This document shows, piece by piece, positions 1 to 10,398 of a stretch of DNA of 64,000 nt (its first letter is position 1; every line of letters starts with the position of its first letter). The notes under the pieces were generated by a model that was given only the letters and a program-made list of their open reading frames with translations, was not told where the DNA came from and did not search any database. The stretch is taken from the NCBI GenBank assembly GCA_964532425.1, contig CAZHIA010000006.1, positions 1,343 to 65,342 on the forward strand, read 5' to 3'. The DNA comes from an uncultured Candidatus Saccharibacteria bacterium (GTDB lineage Bacteria; Patescibacteriota; Doudnabacteria; UBA920). The translations under genes were made by a program, and so were the position numbers.

Positions 1-167
1 GGGTCTTTGAATTCAACCGGCCCGCTTTTGCCGCAATACGGACAGTATGAATACGGCGTAGTCCCGGCCGGAGAGTCGAAATGGTTCGCACACTGCTCAC
101 ATCGGTACGTCATTTTTGTTCCTCCTTTTCAGCATAGAATAATCCATGCTGGCATGTCTGTCAATTG

Positions 168-200
168 CAAAAACTCGGCGCCTGGTAGCGCCGAGTTTTT
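168..200. terminator. Intrinsic terminator hairpin downstream of clpC (bidirectional)
   Basis: AAAACTCGGCGCC-TGGTA-GCGCCGAGTTTT: 11-bp GC stem flanked by A-run and T-run, located 3' of the minus-strand clpC stop. Confidence 0.6.
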
Positions 201-297
201 GCGGTATGGAAGAAGTCAAATAGAAAGATAGAAAATAGAACGATTAAAAGATTGATTATGAATCTTTATATTTTTCTATTTTTTTATCTTTAATAGT

Positions 298-2844
298 CTA
301 GGCCGGTACCGGTTCTTGCTGCTGCTTTTCCGGCTTTTTGAGCGTAAACACGATCTTGTCTTTTTTGACGTCAGCATGGATTACGCTGCCTTCCTTAGCT
401 GCACCGGAAATAATTTTTTCGGCGAGCGGGTCTTCTATGTAGTCCTGGATATTCTTGCGGATAAACCGCGCGCCCTGCATTGGGTCAAAGCTTTTGTCGG
501 AAATGAACTTGACCACAGCCGGGGTGACCTTAAACTGCACATTCTGGGCTAGGAGGCGCTGTTGCAGGTACGAAATTTGGAGCTGGGTAATCTTCTGTAA
601 TTCCTCAACGCCGAGCGGTTTAAAGACAATGATTTTGTCGATACGGTTCAGGAATTCAGGACGGAACTCGTGCCGGAGCGTATCCATGACGCCATCTTTG
701 ATATGTTCGTATTCATGCTCCAACTTCTCTTGCTGTACTGCTTCTTCGTCGCGCTCGGCAAATCCGATCTTCGCAGCCTGTTGGGTCAGCTCCTGCATGC
801 CGAGGTTGGAGGTCATGATGATGACTGTGTTGCGGAAATTTACCTTTTTGCCAGCAGCATCGGTCAATTGGCCGTCCTCTAATATCTGGAGGAGGATGTT
901 GAACACGTCCGGGTTGGCTTTTTCGATCTCGTCGAAAAGGATGACCGAGTACGGCTTGCGGCGTACCGCTTCAGTGAGGCGGCCGCCTTCTTCGTAACCG
1001 ACATAACCAGCCGGGGCTCCGATCAAACGTGCCACATTGTGCCGTTCCATGAATTCTGACATGTCGACGCGGATCAAAGCTTCTTCGTCTTCAAAAATTT
1101 CGGTTGCGAGCACTTTGGCTGTTTCGGTTTTGCCCACCCCGGTCGGTCCGAGGAAGATGAAAGAGCCTAATGGGCGCTTGGGGTCCGTAATGCCAGCCCT
1201 GCTTCGGCGGATGGACTTGGCAACCTCCTCAACTGCTTCATCTTGGCCGATGATCTTGCCTTTGAGGATCTTGTCCAAGTTGGAAAGCCTCGTAACTTCC
1301 GTCTTGGCCAGCTTGTGCAACGGAATCTTGGTCATCATCGAGACGGTATGGGCGATGTCTTCGGCGGTAATAACATGAGATGGCGTCTGCTTCTCTGTTT
1401 GCATGTTGCGAGACAACTCTGCTTTCTGCTTGAGCAGTTTTTCTTCTTGGCTTCTGAGGTGTAATGCGGTAGTAAAGTCCTGGTTTAACACCGCTTTGGT
1501 TTTTTCTTCTTCCAGGGCTTGGAGATCCGCTTCAATCTTTTTGGTAGCGCGGAGCAGTTTGCTGTTGGAATTGATGCTGCGCAGGAATGCCGCAGTTTCG
1601 TCGATCAGGTCCACGGCCTTATCAGGCAGATAGCGGTCTTGAATATAACGCGCGGAAAGATCTACTGCCGACTTGATCGCTTCGTCGGTAATGGTCACGT
1701 TGTGGTGCTTTTCGTAGTTAGGCCGCAGGCCGCGTAGAATCTCCACCGCTTCTTCCTTGCTCGGTTCGTCAACCAAAATAGGCTGGAACCTGCGTTCCAA
1801 GGCGGCATCTGCTTCGATATATTTTTTATATTCGGCCAAAGTGGTGGCACCAATGGCGCGCAGCTCGCCGCGGGCCAATGCGGGCTTTAAAATGTTGGCT
1901 GCATCAAGGCTGCCAGTAGTAGCGCCTGCACCAACCATGGTGTGTAACTCGTCGATGAACAGAATGGTGTTCTTGTTATCTCGCACTTCCTCGATGATCT
2001 GCTTGAGGCGATTTTCGAACTCGCCGCGGAACATACTCCCGGCGACGATAAGTGCCAGGTCCAGGCTTAAGATCTTCTTGTCGAGCAGGGAATCGGGGAC
2101 TTCGCGCTTAGTGATGGCGAGGGCAAGTCCTTCGACAATGGCAGTCTTGCCTACACCCGCCTCACCGATGAGGATGGGGTTGTTTTTGGTGCGGCGGTTC
2201 AGAATAGAGATGAGGCGTTCGATTTCGTGCTTGCGGCCGACGACCGGATCAATCAACCCGTCTTTGGCTTTCTTGGTGATATCGGTCGTAAAATACTCCA
2301 GGAGGTTGCCTTTCTTCTGCTGGAAGTTCTGCGTCGGTTGGTTTTCCGGCATGGGAGTGGCTCCTTGTTGGTCAGGCATCTCCGGGAACTTGGAGATATT
2401 CTCAAAGACGCCGAGCAAATTCTGCTCGAGTTCGTAGATATCGATGCCCAGCTTCGACAGAATGACTTTGGCTTTGTTCTGTGATCCGGCAAGAAGCCCG
2501 TACAGGAAGTGCTCGGTGCCGATGAACTGGTAGCCGTATTGACTGGCGACGATTGCGGACTTCTCGATGACCGTCTTGAGGTTTTCGGACAACACCGGCT
2601 TCCAGCTGTTGATCTTATTATTGGTGTTGACCATCACGAGTTCCTGTTTGATGATCTCGGGGGTTAATTTGGTCTTGGTCAGGATCTCTGCTGCAAAAGA
2701 GCTTTTTTCTGAAATTACCCCAAACAACAAATGTTCGGTACCAATATGGTCATGTTTTAATTCTTCGGAGACAAGTTGAGCCATGATGAGCGCATTCTTA
2801 GCCCTGCTGGACAACCGTTCCAATATGTAGCTGAAGTTTGTCAT
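298..2844 (-). CDS. clpC: ATP-dependent Clp protease ATP-binding subunit, ClpC-type class I AAA+ chaperone
   Basis: 848 aa; two N-terminal Clp_N repeats; Walker A boxes GEAGVGKT and GPTGVGKTE; short middle coiled-coil (ClpC-like, not ClpB length); IGF-type ClpP docking loop KIGFAE in AAA2. Confidence 0.9.
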   Translation of the reverse strand: MTNFSYILERLSSRAKNALIMAQLVSEELKHDHIGTEHLLFGVISEKSSFAAEILTKTKLTPEIIKQELVMVNTNNKINSWKPVLSENLKTVIEKSAIVASQYGYQFIGTEHFLYGLLAGSQNKAKVILSKLGIDIYELEQNLLGVFENISKFPEMPDQQGATPMPENQPTQNFQQKKGNLLEYFTTDITKKAKDGLIDPVVGRKHEIERLISILNRRTKNNPILIGEAGVGKTAIVEGLALAITKREVPDSLLDKKILSLDLALIVAGSMFRGEFENRLKQIIEEVRDNKNTILFIDELHTMVGAGATTGSLDAANILKPALARGELRAIGATTLAEYKKYIEADAALERRFQPILVDEPSKEEAVEILRGLRPNYEKHHNVTITDEAIKSAVDLSARYIQDRYLPDKAVDLIDETAAFLRSINSNSKLLRATKKIEADLQALEEEKTKAVLNQDFTTALHLRSQEEKLLKQKAELSRNMQTEKQTPSHVITAEDIAHTVSMMTKIPLHKLAKTEVTRLSNLDKILKGKIIGQDEAVEEVAKSIRRSRAGITDPKRPLGSFIFLGPTGVGKTETAKVLATEIFEDEEALIRVDMSEFMERHNVARLIGAPAGYVGYEEGGRLTEAVRRKPYSVILFDEIEKANPDVFNILLQILEDGQLTDAAGKKVNFRNTVIIMTSNLGMQELTQQAAKIGFAERDEEAVQQEKLEHEYEHIKDGVMDTLRHEFRPEFLNRIDKIIVFKPLGVEELQKITQLQISYLQQRLLAQNVQFKVTPAVVKFISDKSFDPMQGARFIRKNIQDYIEDPLAEKIISGAAKEGSVIHADVKKDKIVFTLKKPEKQQQEPVPA

Positions 2845-3123
2845 ACACGTCCTTTCAATTAAATAAAGATAGCAGCCAGGTTCATCTATTCAATTCCGTA
2901 TCTGCTACTACTTTGACTTCTAAAACTTTAGTTTCTTAAACCGGGAATGCACCTTTGATGATATAATTATATCACACGAGAATTCCGCACTAATAAAGCC
3001 GGAAGAATGAATGGTGCGGCCGACTGTTCGCCCGAGTGTGGCCAAAGCCGCTGCACAGCGAACCGCTCTTATGCAGGAGTATTAATAGTATACCATAATT
3101 AGCACTCGTGTCAACAGACTGCT

Positions 3124-3260
3124 AATAGTAATCTCTAATATAACGAATATAACGAATACAGCGCAAAATATGCGAATGCTATTGGCCGCTCAATAAACCA
3201 AGGGCGGAGTGCAGTATTTGTATATTTGTGCTTGATTCGTATATTAGAGATTACTATATT
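3124..3260. repeat. Copy 1 of a MITE-like element of about 140 bp with terminal inverted repeats AATAGTAATCTCTAATAT / ATATTAGAGATTACTATAT
   Basis: Aligns at about 75 percent identity to 57072-57198. Shared core ACGAATACAGCGCAAA-TAT-CGAAT...ATTGGCCGCTCAA. Element ends about 20 nt before the recX ATG. Confidence 0.6.
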
Positions 3261-3280
3261 AAGATTACGCTTTATCATAT

Positions 3281-3808
3281 ATGAGATCCCGTTGGAAACC
3301 CGCCCAAAAAACTAAGGAACCTGATAACGTAGAGAAGGCATATGATTATGCCGTGTTTTTGTTGTCGCTGCGATTAAGGACTATTGGCGAAGTGCTTTCG
3401 AAAATGCAGAAGCGTGGGTATACCGAATCGGTCATTGGGCAGGTAATAGAGCGCCTGAAGGACCAGCGATATCTGGATGACCGGAGGTATGCGGAAATTT
3501 TCTTGGAGAATCTGAAAGCGTACAAGAATTTCGGATATTATGGTATCAAAAAAAAATTCATGGAGAAGAAGCTTCCGCCTGCTTTAATCGAGACGGTACT
3601 GGAAGAAGGTCTGTCGTTTGAAGACGAAAGAAAAATTGCCGAACGTCTGTTGCGACGCGAAGGATACGCTGCTCCCAAGTCCGTGGATGATTCGGAAATA
3701 CACTACCGGACCTTTGACGAGAATGCCGGAAAGGAAAAACAAAAATTGGCCCAGCGGCTAAAAGCACGGGGCTTCCGGGGCGAGGTTATAAGCAGGTTAA
3801 TTTTTTAG
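3281..3808 (+). CDS. recX: RecX-like regulatory protein
   Basis: 175 aa, helical repeats, motif YLDDRRYAEIF typical of RecX. Assignment from motif resemblance only. Confidence 0.5.
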   Translation: MRSRWKPAQKTKEPDNVEKAYDYAVFLLSLRLRTIGEVLSKMQKRGYTESVIGQVIERLKDQRYLDDRRYAEIFLENLKAYKNFGYYGIKKKFMEKKLPPALIETVLEEGLSFEDERKIAERLLRREGYAAPKSVDDSEIHYRTFDENAGKEKQKLAQRLKARGFRGEVISRLIF

Positions 3809-3824
3809 TATACGATCGAAATGG

Positions 3825-3854
3825 AAGCCGCCCGCAGATTGCGAGCGGCTTTTC
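3825..3854. terminator. Hairpin plus T-tract between convergent recX and phosphatase genes
   Basis: AAGCCGC-CCGCAGATTGCGA-GCGGCTTTTC. Confidence 0.4.
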
Positions 3855-3859
3855 GTGAG

Positions 3860-4567
3860 CTACAAGTAAAGAATCTCGTTGTACCGAATCAGCTTCATTT
3901 GACCGAGTGACCGGTCAAACCGGTATTCGGCCACGGAACAATTGGCCGGATTGTTCGAACCCATGCAGTCGAGCATCTGCCGTTCGCCCCAGTTCTCGAG
4001 CTCGGCCAGAATGCTGATGCGCGAACCCCAATGGTCGATGGCTAGGACCTTTTTGTTACTCCAGTTAGTTCGGAGTTTTTGCAACCATTTCGCACATCGC
4101 TTGCGGACATCGAGCAAATTTTCTTTTCCTCTCGGGGCGATAAGGACTTCTCCCAGAATGGCGTACCCAGTCTCGAATTCGGGGTAGAGTAGTCCCACCT
4201 CATGGTCCAGCAGCAGGGGGAGCATGCCCCAATCGCGCTCGTCCAATAATTCCGTGGTGAGTACCGGAATCTTGCGACGCTGGTCTTCCGGGTACGTAGA
4301 GAGAATTACCTCGAGCGTCTTTCGGTTTCTGAGGCAGGTCGATTGATAAGCGCAGTCGAACGTCCCGTACTCGGTCCTGATCTTTTCCCCGGTTTTTTTG
4401 GCCTGCAGCCAGCCTTCATCGCAGAGAGGTATGTCGCGATCAGCCATGCCAGACAGCGGTGCGCGCTTTTTTTCATCCGAAAAGAATAAACCTTCCTTAT
4501 AGAGCTGGATCAGGGATTTTCCGTGGCGTACCAGTACCAAAAGCTCCGGCCAGCCTGTAGCGGTCAT
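3860..4567 (-). CDS. Histidine phosphatase superfamily protein (phosphoglycerate mutase-like)
   Basis: N-terminal LVLVRHGKS (RHG catalytic motif). Start chosen at internal ATG 4567 preceded by AGGAGG RBS; ORF track start 4585. Confidence 0.65.
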   Translation of the reverse strand: MTATGWPELLVLVRHGKSLIQLYKEGLFFSDEKKRAPLSGMADRDIPLCDEGWLQAKKTGEKIRTEYGTFDCAYQSTCLRNRKTLEVILSTYPEDQRRKIPVLTTELLDERDWGMLPLLLDHEVGLLYPEFETGYAILGEVLIAPRGKENLLDVRKRCAKWLQKLRTNWSNKKVLAIDHWGSRISILAELENWGERQMLDCMGSNNPANCSVAEYRFDRSLGQMKLIRYNEILYL

Positions 4568-4628
4568 ATATCCTCCTGTTCCCATGACCAGACCGCGGAG
4601 GAGACGAAGTCTTACAAAAAAACGGCTG

Positions 4629-4958
4629 TTACGCCGCTTTTTTCAAGGTATCTGTATTCTCTTGCTCATCGTTCAAAGGTGGAACTTCCGCCGGAGGCAT
4701 GGTTTTGAGTTTTCCAGGTATCTGCATGCCAAGTTTTTGGCGGTACACATCAGCCATTTTTTTGAGCGTTCCCAATTCACGGTCCACTTTTGCCAGTTCT
4801 TTCAAACTGTCGGGTGTGGCAGACTCGAGGAGATCCTTTCGCACGGTTTCGTAGTATTGGATATCTTTCAAGGTATCCTCGAGTTTGATTTTCGGATGGA
4901 TTTCCAGACCGGTTCCATACTCCGGCCTGCCGAATGCGGCAGGATTGGTTTCGTCCAT
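4629..4958 (-). CDS. Hypothetical protein
   Basis: 109-aa ORF filling gap between flanking minus-strand genes; no recognised motif. Confidence 0.35.
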   Translation of the reverse strand: MDETNPAAFGRPEYGTGLEIHPKIKLEDTLKDIQYYETVRKDLLESATPDSLKELAKVDRELGTLKKMADVYRQKLGMQIPGKLKTMPPAEVPPLNDEQENTDTLKKAA

Positions 4959-4968
4959 AATATTATTT

Positions 4969-5547
4969 TTATGAATTCAAGCGATTCTCCGACCAGAGAG
5001 CCAGCCAGATAATTGCGATCATGACTAGGAATCCGATGAACAGCATGAGTGCGAACCGCTGGCCGGAAAATTCTTTATATTTTTCCTGGGATGGATCTTG
5101 CGGTGCGGCCTCTGAAAATCGCGAGTTGAGTTTGCGGATGTTCGCGATGAACACTTCTTCATTCCTTACTGTAAAAGGGATCTCCAAAAGCTCGCCGTTC
5201 TTTTCGAGTACAATGACCCGTTCACCGTTTTGCAGCACCGTGTGGTGGTAGCCGGTCAGTTCCCGGGCATCAACTTCCCAGGAATGCGACTGTTGCTTAA
5301 AGCGCAAGCGGGTATCTTCCAGTACGAGGGTGGGGAGGGCGCCGCTGACGACCACTCTGGCCATGCGTACCAACAATGCCAGCACCGGCAGGGAGAGGAG
5401 CTTGGCCCACAAAAAGCGCGGATCCGTGATAGCCACGACAAAAAGCAAGGGCACGCCAATAACCGCAAAACCGGTAAACATGAGCTCTATAGCTCGGGGG
5501 ATAACGTTGAGTTTAAATTTTATGGTTTCTGTTTGAGCTGCCATCAT
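4969..5547 (-). CDS. Hypothetical membrane protein (two TM helices plus soluble domain)
   Basis: 192 aa; hydrophobic segments LMFTGFAVIGVPLLFVVAI and FALMLFIGFLVMIAIIWLALW. Confidence 0.45.
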   Translation of the reverse strand: MMAAQTETIKFKLNVIPRAIELMFTGFAVIGVPLLFVVAITDPRFLWAKLLSLPVLALLVRMARVVVSGALPTLVLEDTRLRFKQQSHSWEVDARELTGYHHTVLQNGERVIVLEKNGELLEIPFTVRNEEVFIANIRKLNSRFSEAAPQDPSQEKYKEFSGQRFALMLFIGFLVMIAIIWLALWSENRLNS

Positions 5548-5590
5548 TTGTATGGAGATACGGGTTTAAAACCTGCCCGTGCAATCATGA

Positions 5591-6541
5591 TTACAAATTC
5601 ATCTCCCGCAATTTTTTGATCCGGTCGGCAATGGGAGGATGGGTGTTGAATAGCGAGGAGAACCAACCTCCGCCGCTTTCAGCGGAGGTTGCCCCGGGCA
5701 CCGACCCGGGGCCCATGTTTCCGTCTTGATGAAATGGATTGACGATATAGAGGTGGGCGGTGGCGTTGTTAGCGGCCTCAAGGGGTTCGCGGTCACCTGA
5801 GATTTTTTCCAGAGCACGGGCTAAGCCTTCGGGGTAGCGGGTAAGAAGCGCACCGGAAGCGTCAGCAAGGTATTCGCGCTGCCGCGAGACAGCCAGCTTA
5901 ATGAGCGTGGCGATCAGCGGGGACAGGATAGCCAGGGCGATGCCGATGACTGCCAGGATCAAGCCGAGATTACCGCCTTCACGATCACTGTTCCTGCGCC
6001 GGCCGCCGAACATGGACGCGCGCAAAAACCAGTTACCGAGCAGGGTAATGATCCCGACCAACACCACAACGAGTGTCATAACGCGGATATCGTAGTTGCC
6101 GATATGCGAGAGTTCATGCGCGGTGACGCCTTCCAGTTCCGTTTTATCCAAACGGGCCAGGATGCCTGTTGTATAGCAGATGACCGCATGCTTGGGGTCG
6201 CGTCCAGTGGCAAAAGCATTCATGGCGGTGTCATCAATCACATATATTTTCGGTGTAGGGATGCCCGCGGTTATGCAAAGATTTTCCACTATATTATAGA
6301 GCGCGCGGTTACTCTCCCGATCCGCCTCCCGAGCGCCGGATATGGCCAGGGTGATAGAGTCGGAAAAATAGTATGAGAATAGGGAAGAGAATAGCGAAAA
6401 CCCCACTGCCAAATAAAGAATGGCGGAGTTGTTATACACGCGAGCGAAGATGTACCCAAGCAGGGCAATGATGACCAGAAAGCTGAATATCAAAATCCAG
6501 CTCTCGCGCTTATTTTTGGCAATGAGATCGTAGGTAAGCAT
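5591..6541 (-). CDS. htpX: HtpX-like M48 zinc metalloprotease
   Basis: HEXXH motif TAHELSHI, multiple TM segments. Start set at internal ATG 6541 (MLTYDLIAKNK) because upstream 26 codons of the ORF are encoded by the dispersed repeat element. Confidence 0.8.
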   Translation of the reverse strand: MLTYDLIAKNKRESWILIFSFLVIIALLGYIFARVYNNSAILYLAVGFSLFSSLFSYYFSDSITLAISGAREADRESNRALYNIVENLCITAGIPTPKIYVIDDTAMNAFATGRDPKHAVICYTTGILARLDKTELEGVTAHELSHIGNYDIRVMTLVVVLVGIITLLGNWFLRASMFGGRRRNSDREGGNLGLILAVIGIALAILSPLIATLIKLAVSRQREYLADASGALLTRYPEGLARALEKISGDREPLEAANNATAHLYIVNPFHQDGNMGPGSVPGATSAESGGGWFSSLFNTHPPIADRIKKLREMNL

Positions 6542-6547
6542 AAGCAG

Positions 6548-6641
6548 AACATTTGACCATTGACATGTGACATTTAACAGTAGGGCAGGCCCTTGGACTG
6601 CTTCCTTGTCAAATGTCAAAGGTTACATGTCAAATGTTAAA
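6548..6641. repeat. TGACATTTGACC-family hairpin element (copy R1)
   Basis: Arms AACATTTGACCATTGACATGTGACATTTAACAG and TGTCAAATGTCAAAGGTTACATGTCAAATGTTAAA are reverse complements; lies between lemA stop and htpX start. Confidence 0.65.
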
Positions 6642-7185
6642 ACTGGACTTTGACCGGTTGGCCTTCCGGACCCTTTTCGTCGATATCGAAGAACTCGCGT
6701 TTAGCGAAGCCGAAGATGGAGGCAAAAATATTTCCTGGGAATTTTTGGATGGCGGTATTGAAATCGCGGACTGTACCGTTGTAGAAGCGCCTCGAAGCCT
6801 GGATCTTGTCCTCGGTATCGGTAATGTCGCCCTGCAGTTGCATAAAGTTCTGGTTGGCCTTGAGTTCCGGATAGGCTTCGGCTACGGCAAACAAGCTCTT
6901 TAAGGCTCCGCTGAGCTGGTTCTCATCCTTAAGTTTTTCACCGAGAGAGCCGGCGCTCATGGCCGCGGCCCTGGCCTGCGTGACTTGCTCGAACACGCCG
7001 GATTCATGCTTGGCATAACCCTTGACCGTTTCGACGAGATTGGGGATGAGGTCATACCGGCGCTTTAATTGCACCTCGATATCGCTCCAAGCCTCGTCCA
7101 CGCGGTTGCGCTGCGTAATGAGCGAGTTGTAGAGCATAATCAGCACGGCTACGATCGCTAAAATAATGAGAATAGCTATCCACAT
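6637..7185 (-). CDS. lemA: LemA family protein
   Basis: 182 aa; N-terminal TM helix; conserved LemA block [35 protein letters not shown]. Confidence 0.8.
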   Translation of the reverse strand: MWIAILIILAIVAVLIMLYNSLITQRNRVDEAWSDIEVQLKRRYDLIPNLVETVKGYAKHESGVFEQVTQARAAAMSAGSLGEKLKDENQLSGALKSLFAVAEAYPELKANQNFMQLQGDITDTEDKIQASRRFYNGTVRDFNTAIQKFPGNIFASIFGFAKREFFDIDEKGPEGQPVKVQF

Positions 7186-7541
7186 AGGTGTTTGTGATTT
7201 CCCTTAATATTACAACAAACTGCCTTTATTATAACACTATTTAACCTGAATCAAATAACCTCGGTTCTTACCTCTGTGTAGTTTGCCCATTTATGGGTAT
7301 GGTAAGCCTTGGCCGATAAATCGGCGCACTGCACGGGAGCCAGAAATTGATTAATGAATTGGAGTTGTTTGATTCAGGTCTGTAAATTCGCAAAATGTGT
7401 TAAAATATGGTACAATTTTGTTGAAAAGTTTAAAGTTCTAACTGAGGAAACAAAAACATCCACGAATCACAAATGAACACAAATACTGCACATACCCGCA
7501 GCTAATTTGGGAGCATTTGCGCGATTCGTGATTTGTGGACA

Positions 7542-9899
7542 ATGTCATTCATCGACCAACTCAAGCAGGACGTAAACCGGTATTTGGACCGCGTGCAGGT
7601 AAAGAAACTTGCGCACACGGTGGCTTTAATAGCGCGCGAGCGGGAGGACTTGAAGACCTGGACCGATAAGGAATTACAGCTTTCCACGATTGCGCTCAAA
7701 GAAGATATCGGCAAAGGCAGGCCGCTCGATGAACTGATTATTCCGGCCTTTGCCGTGGTGAATGAGGCGGCGCGGCGGTTGCTGCATAAGTATCCGTATG
7801 ATGTGCAAATTTTGGCCGGACTAGTCATTCATTCGGGCAAGGTTGCGGAAATGAAGGCTGGTGAGGGAAAGACGTTGACCGAGACCATGCCGGTATATTT
7901 AAACGCGCTTGAGGGCCGCGGGGTGCATGTCATTACGACCAATGATTACCTGGCAGAACGCGATGCCAAAGAAATGGGGCAATTGTATAAATTCCTCGGC
8001 CTCTCCAGCGGGTATGTAACCTCGGAAATGAAAAATGATGAGCGCCGGAAGGCATATGCCGCAGACATCACCTATGTGACCAACCAGGAAGTTGGTTTTG
8101 ACTTTTTGCGCGACAATCTCGTTTACAGCCGCAAGGAACGGGTGCTGCGGCCAAAAGACCCGCTCTATTTTGGTATTGTCGACGAAATAGACAGCATACT
8201 AATTGATGAATCGCGTACGCCGCTCATTATTGCCGAACCGGTTGCGGAAGAACGGCAGTTCTACAATTTATTTACCAAGATCGCCAACAAGCTGGAAGAG
8301 GAGAAGGATTATACGGTCGACTACAAGAATAAGACTTTGGCCCTGACGAATGACGGTTTGGACGAGGTTGAACGCATGCTTGGGACGCCCATGTTCTCCA
8401 AAGAGAATCCAATGTATGTCTTTTATTTGGACGTCTGCCTGAAAGCCAGAGTGTTGTTTGAGAAGGATCGTGATTACATCGTAACCAAAGACGGTGTTGA
8501 GATTGTAGACGAGTTCACTGGCCGCGTGCTTCCCGGGCGGCGGTTTACAGATGGCGTGCACCAGGCTATTGAAGCCAAGGAAAAAGTCAAAGTTAAGGAG
8601 GCGGATCGCACGCAGGCTGCCATTACGTTCCAGAATTTTTTCCCCATGTATAAAAAATTGTCCGGCATGAGCGGGACGGTCATGGGTGCGCGCGATGAGT
8701 TCAGCCAGGTATACAAACTGGAAGTCGTACAAATTCCGACCAACCGGCCCATGGCTCGTAATGATCATAATGACCTGTTCTTTAAGACCAAGAAGGGTAA
8801 GTTTTTAGGCTTAATAAAAAAAGTTCGGCAAATTCAAGGCCGTGGCCAGCCATTGCTTATTGGCGCGCGCAACGTAGAGACTGCTCACGAAGTTGCCCGC
8901 CTGCTCGACGGACAGAATTTGCCATACCAATTGCTGACCGCCCAGGATAACCGCGCTGAAGCCCAAAAGATCATACAGGCCGGGCAGGAAAATATGATTA
9001 CCATCGCTACTAACATGGCCGGTCGCGGAACTGATATTGTCCTCGGGGAAGGCGTGCCGCAGCGCGGCGGCTTGTTTGTGTTCGGGACGGAACGCCACGA
9101 ATCGCGCCGTATCGATGACCAGCTGGTTGGCCGGGCAGGCAGGCAGGGGGATCCGGGTGAATCTCAATTCCTGATTTCCATGGAAGATGAGATTATGCAG
9201 CTGTTCGGCAGCGAGCGCATTATCGATACCATGGAGCAGTACGATATTCCCGAGGATGAGTATATCTCCGGTCCATCGCTTGACCGGGCGTTTCGCAAGG
9301 CGCAGGAATTCGTAGAGAGCAAAAATTACGATAGCCGGGTCTACCTTTATAAATACGACCGGGTGGTCAATTATCAGCGTTCCCAGCTCTATCATTTGCG
9401 CGAGCGGCTACTGGAAAACGAACCGGAGTTCACAGAGTTCACCAGGCAGGCGATCCGCAATTCGGTCGCTACAGCATTCATGCTGGGTGATCCGGAGGCG
9501 ATTTGCAAGGAGTTGCAGGACGTGTTCTATATCGACATTGATCCCAAGGAAATTAAGCAGGCCCTGCTTGGCGGTGATGCCAAAAGCCAGCAGCAGCTGG
9601 AAGAAAAATTCACTAATTTCCTGACCCAGGCGGCTGGAAAGCTTAAGGGTATACCCGAGGTTCACGCCGCGAGCCAGCAGCTTGTTTTGGAAGTTATTGA
9701 CTCGAACTGGAGCACGCATTTGGAACTTATGGATGTGCTCAAAGAAGAGGCAAACCTGTTTTCCTACGCTTCCGAGGATCCGCTGATAGATTTCATCAAG
9801 GACAGTACGACCCTCTATCAGCACATGTGTGATACGATCAGCAGGCAGTTCCTGAAATATCTTTTCCTGCACATTACGCAGGTGGGGCTGCTTAAATAG
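7542..9899 (+). CDS. secA: Preprotein translocase ATPase SecA (short form)
   Basis: GEGKTLTETMPVYLNALEGRGVHVITTNDYLAERDAKEMGQLYKFLGLS matches the SecA DEAD-motor signature. Start at ATG 7542 (ORF track TTG 7533). Confidence 0.9.
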   Translation: MSFIDQLKQDVNRYLDRVQVKKLAHTVALIAREREDLKTWTDKELQLSTIALKEDIGKGRPLDELIIPAFAVVNEAARRLLHKYPYDVQILAGLVIHSGKVAEMKAGEGKTLTETMPVYLNALEGRGVHVITTNDYLAERDAKEMGQLYKFLGLSSGYVTSEMKNDERRKAYAADITYVTNQEVGFDFLRDNLVYSRKERVLRPKDPLYFGIVDEIDSILIDESRTPLIIAEPVAEERQFYNLFTKIANKLEEEKDYTVDYKNKTLALTNDGLDEVERMLGTPMFSKENPMYVFYLDVCLKARVLFEKDRDYIVTKDGVEIVDEFTGRVLPGRRFTDGVHQAIEAKEKVKVKEADRTQAAITFQNFFPMYKKLSGMSGTVMGARDEFSQVYKLEVVQIPTNRPMARNDHNDLFFKTKKGKFLGLIKKVRQIQGRGQPLLIGARNVETAHEVARLLDGQNLPYQLLTAQDNRAEAQKIIQAGQENMITIATNMAGRGTDIVLGEGVPQRGGLFVFGTERHESRRIDDQLVGRAGRQGDPGESQFLISMEDEIMQLFGSERIIDTMEQYDIPEDEYISGPSLDRAFRKAQEFVESKNYDSRVYLYKYDRVVNYQRSQLYHLRERLLENEPEFTEFTRQAIRNSVATAFMLGDPEAICKELQDVFYIDIDPKEIKQALLGGDAKSQQQLEEKFTNFLTQAAGKLKGIPEVHAASQQLVLEVIDSNWSTHLELMDVLKEEANLFSYASEDPLIDFIKDSTTLYQHMCDTISRQFLKYLFLHITQVGLLK

Positions 9900-10023
9900 A
9901 AAATAGAAAAATTAGGTGATCAGAGGAGGTTCCCAAAATCTTTTTATTTTTCTATTTTTCTATATTTTTATTGTATTTGCCTTGGTCTTTGAAAGAATCC
10001 CGTAATTTGCTATACTATCCCAT

Positions 10024-10305
10024 ATGCTTACTATCGAAGAAGTCAAGAAAATAGCGGTGTTGGCCCGGATCCAGGTCACGGACGAAGAAACGGAGAAGTT
10101 TCAAAAGGAACTCTCTGCCATTTTGGATTATGTAGAGGAACTCAAAGCCGTGGATGTTGAAGGATTGGAAGAAGTCTCCCAGGTAACTGGCTTGGTCAAT
10201 GTCCAGCGCGAAGACCGTGTGGTCGAAGCAGAGAACAAGGAAGAGATTCTGTCCCAAGCTCCAGAGATCAAAGACGGGTTTTATAAAGTAAAGGCAATAC
10301 TTTAA
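10024..10305 (+). CDS. gatC: Asp-tRNA(Asn)/Glu-tRNA(Gln) amidotransferase subunit C
   Basis: 93 aa; MLTIEEVKKIAVLARIQVTDEE...LDYVEEL typical GatC; directly upstream of gatA. Confidence 0.85.
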   Translation: MLTIEEVKKIAVLARIQVTDEETEKFQKELSAILDYVEELKAVDVEGLEEVSQVTGLVNVQREDRVVEAENKEEILSQAPEIKDGFYKVKAIL

Positions 10306-10398
10306 AAGCTTTCAGCTGTCAGCTTACAGCGTATAGGTAAATCAGATTTATATTGTGAACTGGTATTCCTATAAGCTGACTGCTATAAGCTAGAAGCT
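10306..10398. repeat. AGCTTATAGGAATA-family palindromic element (copy between gatC and gatA)
   Basis: Contains GGTATTCCTATAAGCTGA identical to 55924-55940 plus AAGCTTTCAGCTGTCAGCTT local palindrome. Confidence 0.45.

Noticed and set aside
7-231. 74-aa plus-strand ORF at the window start
   Set aside because: Lies over the clpC 3' terminator hairpin, has no RBS or promoter and no motif. It is most likely a chance ORF in a spacer.
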